A DNA stretch of 63,783 bases, filler included, from Choristocarpus tenellus KU-1152 (GCA_964200185.2; 12 parts of 12 records of this genome joined end to end with filler, not necessarily neighbours in it); one strand, 5' to 3'; numbered from the whole stretch's first letter, positions 39,802 to 53,789 are shown. The notes: generated by a model from the letters alone, not told the origin. Numbers and translations: made by a program.

Positions 39802-39970
39802 GAGAGGCCGAGAGACCAAAACATTTCAATTTATTATACTCCGTACCTTGGGTCATATAAGTTAGGCAAATGACTAGAAGCTCACACCCCTGGAGAGGCA
39901 GAGAGACCGAAACATTCCAGCTTTTTATAATTTCATACCTTGGGTCAAATGACTAGTAACCCATACACTT
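39802..39970. repeat. Degenerate tandem duplication, unit about 90 bp
   Basis: GAGAGGC(C/A)GAGAGACC.AAACATT...TACCTTGGGTCA occurs twice. Confidence 0.65.
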
Positions 39971-40614
39971 CCTTGTGCAAGGAGTCATTTGGTGCTGAAG
40001 TAGTTGAGAGGTGGGCAGATTTTGGCCCTTTTGCCCTCTTCAAGTCATCTTTCTTGCCCTGTGCAATACGTCAAAGTAAATCCTCTTTCATTGCTTTTAT
40101 GTATACAATTGTGTACGCAAAGCTGATATTCCCCCTTTCCACACGCAAAGTGACACCAAAGTTCAGAAGAGGCTCTTTCCGCAATTATACAAAATTTTGT
40201 CTTCTTGCCCATTCCTTGGGATCATTGCAATGCAACCTTGCCTACCTTGCAAATGCGTCGGCTCTTGATTATATGATCAAAAACAAGTAGTACTTTCACT
40301 CCGCGGCAATGAGACAACCACAACCAATTCTAACATTTATAGGCACTTTAATGATGCTAATCTTAAGGGCATTACTCATACATTGTCAGGTAAGCGGGTG
40401 GAAATGAGGTTTGTCCACTTCAATGTTGTGCCCCTCTAGACCAGTTTCACAGTCTTAGTTATTGCAGTCTGTCTGCCATAGAAGCTGTCAGAGATTGTAT
40501 AGGCGTGCATAATAAAAAAATAGCTTTCATAATGCCCCTTGCACTTTGCCAACAACACCAATAAATGGAAGGGTGAGATGAGAAAAAATGATAATCTTAA
40601 CAAGAGCCAGCTAA

Positions 40615-42950
40615 CTAAATCGGCAACTGCTGTGCTCTCCTCTCGGTAGTGACACTTTCAATTAACTTCTTGAGCTGAACTTGCCAGTCTTCTCCTCGCT
40701 TGAACATAGGAACATCCTGCAACATGTTCTTCTTATCCTTATCGGTGGCCAATGTCAACTTGAGGGTGTTAGTCACTGGCGGGTGCTCCTTCTCGGGCAT
40801 GAGCTTCACAGCCTCATTGATATTGACTCCCAGCGCTTCCGCCACTGTCTCTGGAAATTTGGCTGGGTGGGCGCACCCTATACACACCTGATATACCCAG
40901 TGATGTAGGGTGAATCAGTGCAGTAGATATGGATTTGGGCATGACATAGTAGTATAAACGTGCTCTTTAGCATGATTGGGAGAAGACAAGTCACAGTGGA
41001 AAAGCTGCACGCATATCGGACACCAGTTGAGGAGAAGGAGAAGGAGAAAACCGAAAAATACTCAGCCACCACGTTGAGCAGCAGGATATCAAGACTACAA
41101 CGCCCACAATGGTCAACACTCACCACATTCCCTCTGAGTTTCCCTTCGCCAGCTAGACTCAATGCAGCAGTCACTCCAACAGCAGTGTGAGGATCCAGGA
41201 CATAGTTGTCGCTGGTGTGAACCAGTCGAATTGTGTCAGCGATGCCCTCATCATCCACCTTGGAAGATGTAAACCCTGAATTAGAAAATGCCTCCTGAAC
41301 AGTTGCGGGCAATACAACACTGTCCCCAGCACAGAAGAGTTCGATCCAGTCCTTCACTCTTGCATCATCCCCTCCAGTGATCAGGTACAAGAGACGTTCA
41401 CAGTTGTACGGTGCCCCGATGTCCATTGCCGGGGCACTTGTTTGAACAACAGTGGAATAACTCTGTAGCACCCCAGTCTTAAACATAATATCAAATGTGT
41501 CATTACTGTTCACAGCTACGATGAGCCTTTCTACAGGCAGTCCCATCTTAGCCGCAATGAAACCAGCTGTTACGTTCCCACCTGCACCTGTTCGTTAATA
41601 TAGCGTTGCAGAATCAGTTGATCCTGTTGCCACTCCCTAAATTGCACATCACATCAAACCGCGAACAACTATATTTCGGGAGTGAATACTCACCCGTGGG
41701 TACGGAGAAGCTTGCTTGGGGTGGGGATAGGCCAGATTCTTCCTGGTCAGCTTGCCAGTAAGGTTCGCACGCTGTCACCCGAAAATAGCCCCAGAAGTAG
41801 TATATTATTTGCCCCAAAACGCGCATGATGTTCACTGAGTTGACTGTGCCGATACTGTGCGTTTCCACAAATGCCTTGTCATCAAAGATGTTAGCACACT
41901 GCACATCGAGATCATCGCTTGTTCCCTCGCAGGCCACTAGGTGTGCGTTGAATATTGACCCGGCAGCCGATACCATTTGAACCTCCTGCACCCTGAACAA
42001 TGGCAAAGGATCAACCAGCTAGTGCCTCAGCGAGAGAGCAGACCTGTGGCTACTTGGCAATTCGTCACGTACACAAGAAGCGTTATTTCAGAATAGTCGA
42101 GTAATGTCACACTACGCAAATCAGTAATCAACATTAAGTCTCTAATCTCATTGCCTAGTCCCACCTGCTTACACGCCCCTTTGGATAAAGGACGAGAACG
42201 TCTAACGATGGAGTTGACTGTACACCCAACATTGCACTGGGTCCTGTGTCTCCGCTTGTTGCGACAAGCAACAAACGGCGCTCTCCTCGCTCCCGCATAT
42301 AGTGCTCCAATGTTTGACACAATAACTGCATACCAAGGTCCTTGAAGGCAAGGGAAGGCCCACGCCATAACTCCATCACATGCAGGGACATGGCAGAGGT
42401 ACAACCTCGCAATGAAGAAACAGACACTGGTTCAACACCAAACGCGCCACCAAAAGCATTTTCACACAGTTCCTTCAGTTTGGGCAAGTTATCCAGACCC
42501 AGAAATTTCCGCAAGACTGCTTCAGCTAGTGCAGAGTATTTTAGCGAGCGCCATTGACGAAGTTCTCCCTCCGAGATCAAAGGGATTCTGGGTGGAGGAC
42601 AGTGTGATGAGGCTCTGGCTTAAGTCCGCTAGAATCATGTGTTCGTTGTACAACAACGCAGCATTTCCAATCACGAGATATATTCCCAAATGGACAGCCG
42701 CCACCCCCTCCCAGATACTTTGAGCCCGTGCGTTGTTTGTGGTTAGATTCATTAGAGTCCGTTTATCACTCATCACAAGCCAGCTCAACGACTCCTTCCC
42801 CTCGAACCACCATGGAGGTAGATGGATCTTTCCTGCTCTGTTTGCTCACGTTTCCGGTAGGATCATTCCACCATCTTGAGACCAACCTGAGCGCACTGCG
42901 TCCTCAAAGTTATACGCGAGTCCACTTCGCGCGCTCACAAACTGCGCCAT
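40615..42950 (-). CDS. Threonine synthase family PLP enzyme, THNSL2-like; complete
   Basis: Exons 42950-42850, 42587-42165, 41992-41694, 41587-41124 and 40887-40615, all GT-AG and in phase. Motifs: FEDAVRSGWSQDGG, ELWRGPSLAFKD (PLP Lys), ATSGDTG, NSVN, VPTGAGGN, APAMDI, DPHTAVG, AHPAKF. Confidence 0.93.
42684..42726. mobile_element. MITE family A terminal fragment in intron 1 of the threonine synthase-like gene
   Basis: CCCAAATGGACAGCCGCC...CCAGATACTTTGAGCC. Confidence 0.75.
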
Positions 42951-44677
42951 GTGCTAGCAATGCAGAACTCACAAGGCTGTGAACTCATGGGAAGGGGGTG
43001 GTACTGAGGTGAAAGGTGAAAGGGTTCAAATCTGAACATATAAATGCTGTTGTATATGATACGACTAGACACACTATTTGTTTTACTATATAATAACCAC
43101 AAATAGTAGATTACGTATTACTCACCTGCCCAATCACATGTATACTTGGTATCATACGCCCAATAAAATGTGCACAATATGTTGACATGGACGTAACAAG
43201 GAAAATATTGCACCTCCTCAATATCGACAAAAGATAACCCCTCTTCCATTCATGGATACCAGTTGCCACACTTTGCAATCAGACTTGAGGTGGATTTTCT
43301 AGCCACAGGGGGTATCAACCTTGCTCCACACATTGATAGTAGTTTTATCATCTCGAGTGTTCCTACTCCAGGCACAAGCGCCTTCTCTCATCCTCAAGCA
43401 TTCGAATCTTAGGCTGAAAAAAAGCTGAAGTGATACAAATCAATGAAGAGGTGGGGAATAGAAGAGGTGGACAACAACAACAGACAAGGAGGGACAGTAT
43501 GATCAGGTTTGATGGCAGTTGCTAGTTTATTTTTCTGGCATTGTAGTTGTCTGGAAACATCCGGTAGACGATAGTTGAAATTTGATTGCCTCCAAAAAAC
43601 TCGCAAAAGTGACCGAAATACAACATACTGTAACAATTGTAGGTACTACATTACTTTTAGTGTTTACACTTGGAAGGATGAGAAACCGCAAGGAAGGCAT
43701 ATTGTGATTTAAATGCATGCATACGCGGGTTGCATTTTTGATGCGTGTGCATGGAACATGGAATCGGAATAGAAAGACTTGGATTAAGTAGGCGTGATGA
43801 AATACTGTCGCAAAGCAACTTCTATCACTACTACTACTCAACACAAATAAAGATGATTATGCTTGAGGTAGGCAATGATGCAATTATAGGCGAAGTATCC
43901 TACTATGAGATCCAGGAGTGACCACGAAATAATTTTATTTCGACAAAAAGATCAGACTCCATGATGCATGCATGCGGCATGAAACATTTTTAGTGAGAAG
44001 CAACTATTATTATGAGCAAGTATTCCATAGTATAACAACAAACAATGACTACACCATTGTTCGTTTATTGGAAAACCTTCAATTTATGCACTACATTGTG
44101 TTGTGTTTTTTTTGCTGCAATTTGTATCTATGTTAACACATCTATGCGCAGCATGCCAGTGGTCATAGAAGACATATTACTTCTACTGGTTGCTATTCCT
44201 CAGATAGATACATAAGAGAAACAATGGATATATATCTTACTATTATACCCTCTGATATTTTGCAGATGTGCCAGGCGAAAAACTAATGAAAGCTATTCAC
44301 ATGTCTGAAAAATCCCTAAAGTAACAGTTGTAACAAAAGTGAAAAATGTTAAATCTATTTTGTTGGGGATACCGATCAGTAATGATTATCATATCGCCCC
44401 CATTCCCTTCTCCCCATCTGCAATGACATACCACCCTCCATTCCNNNNNNNNNNNNNNNNNNNNNNNNNNNNNNNNNNNNNNNNNNNNTTAATTAATTAA
44501 NNNNNNNNNNNNNNNNNNNNNNNNNNNNNNNNNNNNNNNNNNNNCCCCTCTATGGTCTTTCACCCCCCCCCCCCCTTTCCCCCCCCCCCCCTTCCTCACA
44601 CCTTTGTGTGTAAATCATTTCGAATGATTTTTTACAACCTCTGCTTGTGCATCTTCAACTTGTTGATGTTGTTGCAG

Positions 44678-47163
44678 TTCAGGCACGTTGGTTGCAACAG
44701 GAAGCTCTGATCGTACGGTCAAGGTGTTTGACGTCGAAAGGGGTTACTGCACGCACAACTTCAAGGGGCACACTGGGATTGTGTCCGTGGTCGCCTTCCA
44801 CCCGGTGAGAAAACCCTCCTGCTTCTCCTTGTGTAAGAGCATAGATGCATGCATGTTTTGTGAAGATGCTTGGGAGATCTGGAGAGTCCAGTTTGCCTGC
44901 GTGCTTAGGATGTGCTGGGTTTTTTTTTGTTGTTGGTGGTTTTTTGGAGCACCTAGTGATTGTTTAGGGTGGGATTGAATGGGAAGTAGTCTCTCGTTGA
45001 GCTTGATGTATTTTTGTTTTTTCTGGGAGTAGTGGCTTTGGAAACGCCCTGCCCTCTATTTTGAACTCCTTTATTTTGGTGTTACGTTGTAGAGGGAGTA
45101 GAGAAGGGTGTGTAGAATGCCTTTTTATCAGAAGTAGTCCAAATAGTGTAATTTAATCTGCGCCTCCTATATTTTACAAAACTGCACAGCATTGCAGTGA
45201 GTGCCTTTCATGAAAATAAAATGAAAATGCTCTTCACTGATCCCTCTTCATGTTGTAATTTTGTGTGTGTGTATTTGATAGGCAGAAGAACGCCTTCTGC
45301 TGTTGAGTGGTAGCGAGGATGCCAGTATCCGTGTGTGGGACCTGTCCAAGCAGGCCTGTGCAGGTGTCCTCCTTGGACATATGAGCACCGTCACGTCCTT
45401 AGCGTTTTTGGATGGGGGAAATCAAGTGATAACTGGGGGGCGGGATCGTGTGTTAAATGTGTGGGACATTAAGAGGTACGTCGTTGTTGGAAGTTCACAC
45501 TGTTCAGACAATTTGAGGGGATTGTTGATTTAGACGATTTTTGTTTCTGTCCCTCTCTCAAAGTGGCAGTTACCTGTTTTTTATCTGAAGCAAGGGTTGC
45601 GTTGATGTATGTATGCTGATGAAATAGAGCATTTTTTTTCTTGTAGTTTGTATCAGTCGGTGTTTATTTGTACAATGTTGTTCAAACAGTGGATTGTATG
45701 TTGGGATAGGTTGTGTTTTTTGTGGAGGCGTTATGGGGTGACCAAGATGGCTCTGTTTTGATGTGCGTGTCTAACCTGGAATGTGTTGCACATAGCTGTG
45801 TACATGTTTCATTGTGGTGAGAGTGCATAGATATGTGTGTAGAGAGGGAGGGAGAGAGAGAGATTGGTACCTCTGTGAAGATGTAATATGTTGAGGTGTG
45901 AGTGTATGATGTTGCTGTGGTGAAAATTGAACACCAGTTTAGAAGTCAGAACAAAATAATTTGTTCCAACACACACAATGGAATACTGTAGGTAAACCAT
46001 TTAGTTTATGTGAATGGTCGTTCCTCTGGACGTGAATCTCACCCACCCCCCTTCACTCCCATTAATGAACCTCCTTTGCAATTTTTTCATGCACATGATA
46101 AAAAAAAGGTCTGTCTTGTTGAAGACAGTTCCTGTGTATGAAGAGGTGGAGGGGCTGCAGGTTTTGCCGAGAGATGGGGAGTTTTACTCGCACAAAAAAT
46201 CCGACCAATCGGGTTCCACTAAGGGTTTTCCAGTGGGGAGGCGTGTGGCAGTGGCTGGGAGTAAAGGCGTGTTGCGTGTGTTTGAGTTGGAGTTTAAGGT
46301 ACATGCACTGACTGTGTGACTGCCTTTCCCTTTTCTCGCTGGTGCCAACGCAGTTGGAGTTTGTATTATGTAATGATGACTTTTGCTTTCCTTGAAGATG
46401 AGTTGAATGATGTGTTGGTGTGGGATTATGTGCCTTGCATGCCTGCCTATTATTGTTTAGTGTCATTTGTGCTTGGGTTCTTGGGGGTGAAGGAGATGTA
46501 TCTTTTGGTTCTTGAGGTATGTGTGAAGTGTTTGTATAGTTGTTTTTGAGATGGCTCACCTTGCCCTTAGAATGCAATACATCTTTTTATTATTATTTTA
46601 CTGTTACAGAGAGAGTGTTGTTTGAACCCATCTCTTGCGTGAAACTCTCCTTTTTTGTACACCCTCTCTTGATCGTAACCTTCTGTGTGTTGTGTGTTCT
46701 AAGCTGAGATCCTTTATTTTTTTCATACTTTTTTGGTACACGTGCAGGGAAGCAAACAATCAGATGATACAACAAGCAGCAAAACTATAAGACAAGCAAA
46801 AAAGCTGAAAACAGGAAAGAGATCATCCGATTTTGATAGCAAAGCGCCTCCGAAAGTGTCATGCCGGTGTGTAATGACCCAGAACAACAGGGCAGCCTCG
46901 CACAAGGCAGGCTACACCAGCCTGCTCTTGGATGGGCAGAGGGGTGGACTCATTGGAGTCACAGCAGATCACAACATTGTCCTCCTTGGGGCTGCTGAGA
47001 GGAGGGATGAGGCTGCAGGAGTAGTGGTGAGCAAGAGGCAAATTGTTGGATACAATGATGAAATCATTGACATCAAACACATGCCGCAAGTTGTACGATC
47101 GGCCAGGGAGGAAGGGGAGGGGGAGGGGGAGGGGAATGGCGATAGTTGGGTTGCTGTGGCGAC
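44678..47163 (+). CDS. UTP13: U3 snoRNP WD40 protein UTP13/TBL3, internal part
   Basis: Exons about 44678-44804, 45282-45475, 46109-46298 and 46748-47163. Motifs: LVATGSSDRTVKVFDVERGYCTHNFKGH, ITGGRD, KTVPVYEEVEG, VTADHNI, RQIVGYNDEIID. Confidence 0.9.
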
Positions 47164-47600
47164 NNNNNNNNNNNNNNNNNNNNNNNNNNNNNNNNNNNNN
47201 NNNNNNNTTAATTAATTAANNNNNNNNNNNNNNNNNNNNNNNNNNNNNNNNNNNNNNNNNNNNGTGGTTTGATTGAACAGGGCATGAAGGTTGAGGGTTT
47301 CTAACCCCCCCCCCCCCCCCCCCCCTTCTCCCCCTTCACTTTACCCAACTGGATCTCTCTCATGAAGCTGTCTCGCCTTACAAAAGCATGGATGTTCGCC
47401 TCCAAAATTCAGCCTACCCCAAGCATCGCTATCTCATGGCATACACTCTCTCGAAGAGAGGCCAGAGACTCTCCTAAGCCTTAGCCAAAACAATGTGTGT
47501 TTGGCCTCCAAAAGAATAAATAAATGGCTAAATGTTTAAACGCCACCAAGTAACGCCTATCCTCTTTGGAACACTTTTTGTCCCATGGTGTGTCCGTCAG

Positions 47601-48759
47601 GGTGGTATGACGGAAACGATTACTGCAAGGCGCCTGGCGTGCGCAACCGGGACAGTTTGCTGTACCAGTACGAAGTGTTGCCGGTCTTGAAACGCATCAA
47701 AGGGTGAGAACTCCATTTAATATTAATAAAGATGATGATGATGGTGTTGATGATATCATGTTAGAATCGATTGATTAGGTGTTCTGAAAAAGGGAATATT
47801 TTACTCATGGAGAAACGTCAAAAATGCTGAGAATAGTCTGTTTTCTTTTTTTGTTTGAATCCAAGAGGGTTAAAAAATGTTTTCACAAACAAGGTTTTTT
47901 TTTCTTTTTCTTTTTTCTTTTTTTTGGGGGGAGGGGGAGGGGAAGGGGGTGGGGGTGGGGTAAGGAAGGTGCAAACCAATAAACTGCGTCTATATGACAC
48001 AGCATACGAATAGTGGGATATTGGTCAAGTGAGGCCTCAAGGATTAGATAAAGTGAAATGGGTGATTCAATGTACATGGGGGTTCTCGAATGAGCATAAG
48101 CTCAGCTTAGCTTGGATACTGAGTTATATCTGTTGCTGGTGCTCCTTTTTTTCAATGATCTTAGAAAAGATGGAAGCGGATACCAATAGTAGCTTCGCAC
48201 AGAAAAAGGGACTTGGGCTCTGAAAGATTGCATATTTGAGCATGTTTACTTTCACTTTTTCAAATGATGAATTCAAATTTCCCGAGAATGAATATGGCCT
48301 TGATAAATGATACGTGCTGAAATACTTGGATGTCACGAAATGGGAGACAGTACAATCTATCTACGTTCCTGAATTGACTGATTTTTTTGGTGTTACAGCT
48401 TGAGGTACCTCTGAAAGGTGAGTCTGCATTCTGAGACTGTCGAATTGTCTTCCATCTTAAATCCCTCGTATGTACATATATATTTTAGTAGCGTCTTCAA
48501 CACATTCGCTGCTCTGATGCATCCTGACCTCTGGTGACATGCTTGCGGCACCTCTCCGCTTTCCACTCTGAATTGTTGGGTAACGATCCCCTGTGACCCT
48601 TGACTGTACAGTATCATGGCGGCGGTTGGGGCTGCTTTTGTGGTAATCTTGGTGGGCTACAAGGCCCTCGTGCCTGAAGACCCGTACATGATGTACAGCA
48701 GTGACTACCTCGAAAGCCTTGCAAAAGACGATGATTTGGCCAAGGACGCTGCCTCCAGG
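47601..48759 (+). CDS. Ycf36/CGLD27 (DUF1230) family protein, two internal exons
   Basis: Exons 47601-47703 and 48612-48759, in phase. GWYDGNDYCKAPGVRNRDSLLYQYEVLPVLKRIK matches the family pattern GWYDG...K......RD.L...Y.V.P and is followed by a TM helix. Confidence 0.75.
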
Positions 48760-50338
48760 GTAAGAACCTTTTCCTCCTCATCGATTCCGTACTCACACAT
48801 CTCATGCCTTTGTAGAGCCACCGTGACACTAGGGGGGTGGGGGTTGGGGAGTTACCTTTCACTTGTATTGTGCTGCGTTCCAAAGATGTTCGGGGTCCTG
48901 TATTGCATTGCAGAAGTCAATAAATGTATCTCTACTTCCAGAGCTTGCCTATGTGCTACAAACTTGTCTCGTGTTTTTGTGTGCGTGGCGAAGTTCACTG
49001 CCTCTATTTTCTAAAAAAAAAAAAAATCCCCCGGTGACCACCATTGTGGTGAGCGTTGTTGTGTGACTAGTAAAAGTGTCGAATGCAACCAATCCGAAAT
49101 GGTGAGTAACCCGGACCTTGGCCGTTTCCTCCCTTCCGTGTGACAGTCTGCCAAGAGGGGCACAAACAGGCCGGAATTCTGCGAGTCCAGGTTCTATCAG
49201 GCCATGGCAGGGAGCAGCTTGTGCAAGTGAAAGTAGAAGAAAGGGAGTGGATGAACTAACTTTACCTGTCATGTGTTTGCCATGGCTTATGGTTTGAGCC
49301 TGCAGGAGTTTGTTGTTTTGATATTTTGTGAAGTAGATGACCAAATCGTTTTTGTGTCCTCTCTAATTTGGGAACAACTCTCATGGCACAAGTGGAGGTG
49401 ACACTGGTGGCATGCGATAACTGGAGAGTCTGTAGAGGAAGGGAGGTTGTTTGTACAGGTTTTGATTTAATGCTGGTTTGGAACAAGACTGAGCAGTTCA
49501 TTGTCGATCCGCAATGGAAGGTCTTGGTGTCCTGTTGAGGATTGTGTTTTACTCTTAGATTTAGCAGCACCTTCTGTTGTGATCTGCTTGGCTTGGAGAT
49601 GCGGTATCCTATTCTTTGACTAGTGTTTCCCCATGACGATTTTTTCGCGAAGTAGTGAGTCTGCATTTTGCTCATCTTTTTTTCTGGACGGCACTGTGTT
49701 GTAAGTGCGCAGTAGGCTTGTAGTGGCCAGTGCCTCAAGGGTGCTGGTGAAGGAAGGGGAAGTAGATACGTCATTTCTCGTTTGTGCATGTAAGGTGCAC
49801 ACCCAAATAGAGTCCTGGGCAGGATTTGTAAGAAAGAATTGGAGGCCGTTTATAAAGCTGGGATGATACCTTTTAAGGACCTCCACGGTTGTGTGTTCGT
49901 GCTGCCTGTCATTGTTTTTCCAGATGGGATACCATTTCCATATCTATGGATGAACATGATTACAAGTTGGCCAAATGAATGACTCGTACCTTACGCATAC
50001 GACAGATAAGAATAATAATAATATGTAATTTGATTGTTTGTGTACTGCTTTTTACCACATTTTTATCATTTGCGGTTCTTTCCTATATTAGATATGCAAG
50101 ACATGTCACGACACCTGACTTCTTATCACCCTCTCTCCTTGGTTCTCCACTCTCCTCATCATGAAGATGACATGAAAGCAGGAGTGTACTCCACCTCTTC
50201 CTCTAGTTTATTTTTTGTTTTTTTGCTGTGGTATATTTCGAGGTATACTGTACCCACGTATATAGATATATCCCTAGTTGAGAGGCATTGATGATGCATT
50301 AATAAAAATAATTCTGGTTGTGCTACACCTGCTATGAA

Positions 50339-50511
50339 CAGCCGATTTCAAAAATTGAGGATGGAGCTTTTCATTGAGGATGGGCTTGACCCAAAATTGA
50401 CTGGGATAAAGTGTCGATATGTTTTTTTTGCCAAATAGCATTGACAACATCACAATAAAAAACAAAACATATCGACACTTTTATCCCAGTCAATTTTGGG
50501 TCAAGCCCATC
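50339..50511. mobile_element. Fold-back MITE, family C, cut by contig end
   Basis: Homologous to 4197-4373; long inverted arms. Confidence 0.8.
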
Positions 50512-50611
50512 NNNNNNNNNNNNNNNNNNNNNNNNNNNNNNNNNNNNNNNNNNNNTTAATTAATTAANNNNNNNNNNNNNNNNNNNNNNNNNNNNNNNNN
50601 NNNNNNNNNNN

Positions 50612-51850
50612 CCCCAGGTTCCCACCACCTTCCCCCACCCCTCCTGTCCGATCCTGGCCAGTTACCCTCCCACTAGGCCGTCCATTCTCAAAAGCAGCTC
50701 CAATGACATCAATATCCTCTCTTGAGCTTTCCCAGTCCTGGATGCCACAGTCATCCCAGCCTCCCTGATTTTTGGTACTGCTGCTGTCATTGATTACTCC
50801 CCTAGCCCGGGTAGGTTGCTGGGTGGGGTGATTGTGATTTCTTGAACTGGTTGCACCCACCACAGGCATTGGGTGGATTGTGAGGTATGGAAGGGGAGAA
50901 GTGCCTCCCTCATTCCCACCACCATTACCCACTCCAACTCCTCCCCCTGCCCCATTCCCAGTCCCACTTGCTGCACCAAGTCCCCCACCCACTGTACCAG
51001 GTCCTGTTCGTGAAGTGTTGTCCACCTTTGTGGTTCCACGTCGTACACGCCTTCTATTCATTGCAGTGCTTCCTCCTCCTCCTCTTCCTCCCTCACCTGC
51101 TATCTGCTGTTGGTGTTGCGATTTTTCCCTCCATGGTATGCCCACACCAAACCCTGCAACTCCGAAACTATCAGCTGCCCCTGCTCCAGCTTCACATGCC
51201 GTCACACGTGCTGGTGATGACTGTTCATCACCCTCAATGGGTGGAGGCTTGGGAGGGTGTCTCCGAAAGGTTACTCTTCCCTTTACCCTGTCACGCTTGC
51301 GAGCTCTCATGCCACCAGCTCCTGCCCCCCTCCGCCCATTTGTATCACCTCCAACTCGAGCCGCACCCCCTCCTTCGCCTCCTCCCCCTGTCCCAAAGGA
51401 CACATTGGCACTAGAAACGGAAAGATCATCGTCCTCGCCGCCATCACCACTCTTCTGATCTTTGAGTGAGTTCCCCTCCATGTGTTTAATTTGCTTGCCA
51501 GGATGATCATGTCTAGAGGGGTGGATGGCAGCGTGGTTTAGTGTAGAAGGAGCCCCTGGCACACCATATCTGACCCTGCTTGTGCCAATTTTATTTCCCT
51601 TGCTGACTTTGCTCCTACCATTTGCAATGGAGGAAACAGCAGTAAAGTTGGTTGTAGGTGCAGCAATTGCTGCATCTCCAGAGCTGATAGCCGCACTTGA
51701 CCCCCCACCGCCAGCCCCACCATTAGAAGCATTTGGGATATCAGGATTGGAGTTGTGCAACATTTGGGGTGGGTCAAGATGACCCCGCCCTGGCAACGTT
51801 TTCAGGATTGGCACAGCAAGATTAGTGGTGGTAAGAAGGGCATAGCAGAT
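50612..51850 (-). CDS. Long Gly/Ser-rich low-complexity reading frame (large exon or pseudogene)
   Basis: About 410 open codons up to the contig edge; similar composition continues to about 52700 but with stops. Confidence 0.5.
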
Positions 51851-53080
51851 TCAGAAGATGAAGTGTGGCAGAGACTCAACATGCCTGTGCCAGAACACTG
51901 GGGGCTGAGGGTGAATTTGCGTGCATGTGGCTTTTGCAACACAATAAAATTGCTTCCACACTCTTCAAATATGGGAGGTCAGATTCCGGACTCAAGTATA
52001 TTGGGTGGCAGGGCAGATTAGCAGATTGGACTTCTGCCCCTTCAACTGCTTCCAATCAAAATACATCCCACTCCCTTGTAAATCTGGCCAAACATGCTCT
52101 CAAGGTGCTGCAGAATCATGTTTTGGGATCGACCTTGTCACCTTTGTGACACTCCTGCATGTTTCACCGACCTACACCACACACAATTCCAATAACCCTA
52201 ACCCTAACCCTTCCCCAATATTTTCCCATACTCTGCAATGTTTACCGTCCCGTTGGTTACTTACCCCCTGCAAGATCTTGAGTGCGTGCCAAATGTACTA
52301 CAACATACTACAAAAAGTCTTGATACCTAGTAACTGTCGTTTTGGTAGTGATACTGACATTATGCCCTCTCCCCTCTTTTCCACAACCAACTCAGATCTA
52401 TTTCTTCACCTTGGTGAAAGCTCGAACTTGTCATTCTTTGTGAGCGCACTGGAGACAAACTCTTGACCTCTTGTGCAAGCCCAGTGGATCCTAACTCTGG
52501 TGCAACCTCCAGTCTGTCCTTCTCTGACCCTCTCCACTTAACCTCCCAACCATTATTATGGTCAACGCGGCGACCCCAACCCTTGTCAGCCACTACTACT
52601 GCATTGTCCCCCCCTGCCTGCCTCGGCTGATGTGAGTTGTTTGGAGATGCCAAACACTCCAGGAAGACATTGCCTGAAGTTTCGCCTGGCAAGGTCTGGA
52701 GTGTACACAGGTGAGATGGGGGACAGGGAGATGCTCAAGTTGTCCATGTTGAAAGTCGCATCTTAAGCCATGTGCTCGGAAGACCAGGCATTTGTGGCAG
52801 TGGCAGGGTAAGAAATCCGACGGACTACAGGGTAAAGGGGAATGGGGGTTCATCTTGAATAGATTCAAAATACAGGACTGTCCCCTAAAACTGCGTATTT
52901 TCAAATGCACAACTCTTAAGCCCAGGGGTCAAAACTTCCCGATGACAGGGTAGATTTTATAATCTTACGTACTCAAAGTAAATGGTATATTGAACTAGAG
53001 GTCCAGACACTCACAAAATCTTTACTCTACAGAACGCAATTAGTTACTCTGATCGAAAAGATAAATGGAAGGACACTCCA

Positions 53081-53335
53081 AAGCCAAAGTATCTTAGAGG
53101 GTAGAGCCGCATCCATTTGGGGGCCAAAATCCAATGTTGCTATTTTGATGTAATTTTGGCTATCGTGTTTGCTAGGAAGTGTCAATATCCTTGTTCCGGA
53201 CACACCTTTTCATAACATACACATTTTTCCTACTCTGAAATGTTTGGAGTAGGAAAGTAATAAAAACACCGAGGGATTTCAAGCCCCAAATGGACAAACA
53301 GGGCAAAACTTGTACCCTCTAAGATACTTTCACTC
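53081..53335 (+). mobile_element. MITE family B, TSD TCCA
   Basis: TCCA|AAGCCAAAGTATCTTAGAGGG...AGATACTTTCACTC|TCCA. Confidence 0.9.
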
Positions 53336-53662
53336 TCCAGTTTTTTCCTAGTTAGAGGTTGGTGCGGTTTCAATGGTGCTAGAGGGCTGCGAGTTTGCAC
53401 AGTAGATACAAAATGCACATGCCACGAACCAAGCAGAGTATCTGCGATTAGTGGGTTTTTAAAGGAGGGTTGTGGCTTAGTCAGCGATGCGGAATGCCCG
53501 TGGAAGAAACCTCTTGATGGTATGTTATTTCTTGTTTACACCACTGGAGGAGAACATCACGACATCACACTGCACCGTGGACCTCGGATCTTACACAGTC
53601 CGAGAAAAAAACGAAAAAATGCGGTTCAGTCGGTGTCTGTTCAAAAAACGGATGCCTTTAAG

Positions 53663-53689
53663 GGCTCAAAGTATCTGGGGGGGGGGGGT
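53663..53689. mobile_element. MITE family A terminus at contig end
   Basis: GGCTCAAAGTATCT poly-G. Confidence 0.75.
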
Positions 53690-53789
53690 NNNNNNNNNNN
53701 NNNNNNNNNNNNNNNNNNNNNNNNNNNNNNNNNTTAATTAATTAANNNNNNNNNNNNNNNNNNNNNNNNNNNNNNNNNNNNNNNNNNNN

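Noticed and set aside
27634-44444. polA plus thrC as a bacterial segment or functional cluster
   Set aside because: Both genes have many spliceosomal introns and lie on different contigs separated by a linker
50880-51458. Pro-rich plus-strand ORFs
   Set aside because: Antisense shadows of the Gly-rich minus-strand frame
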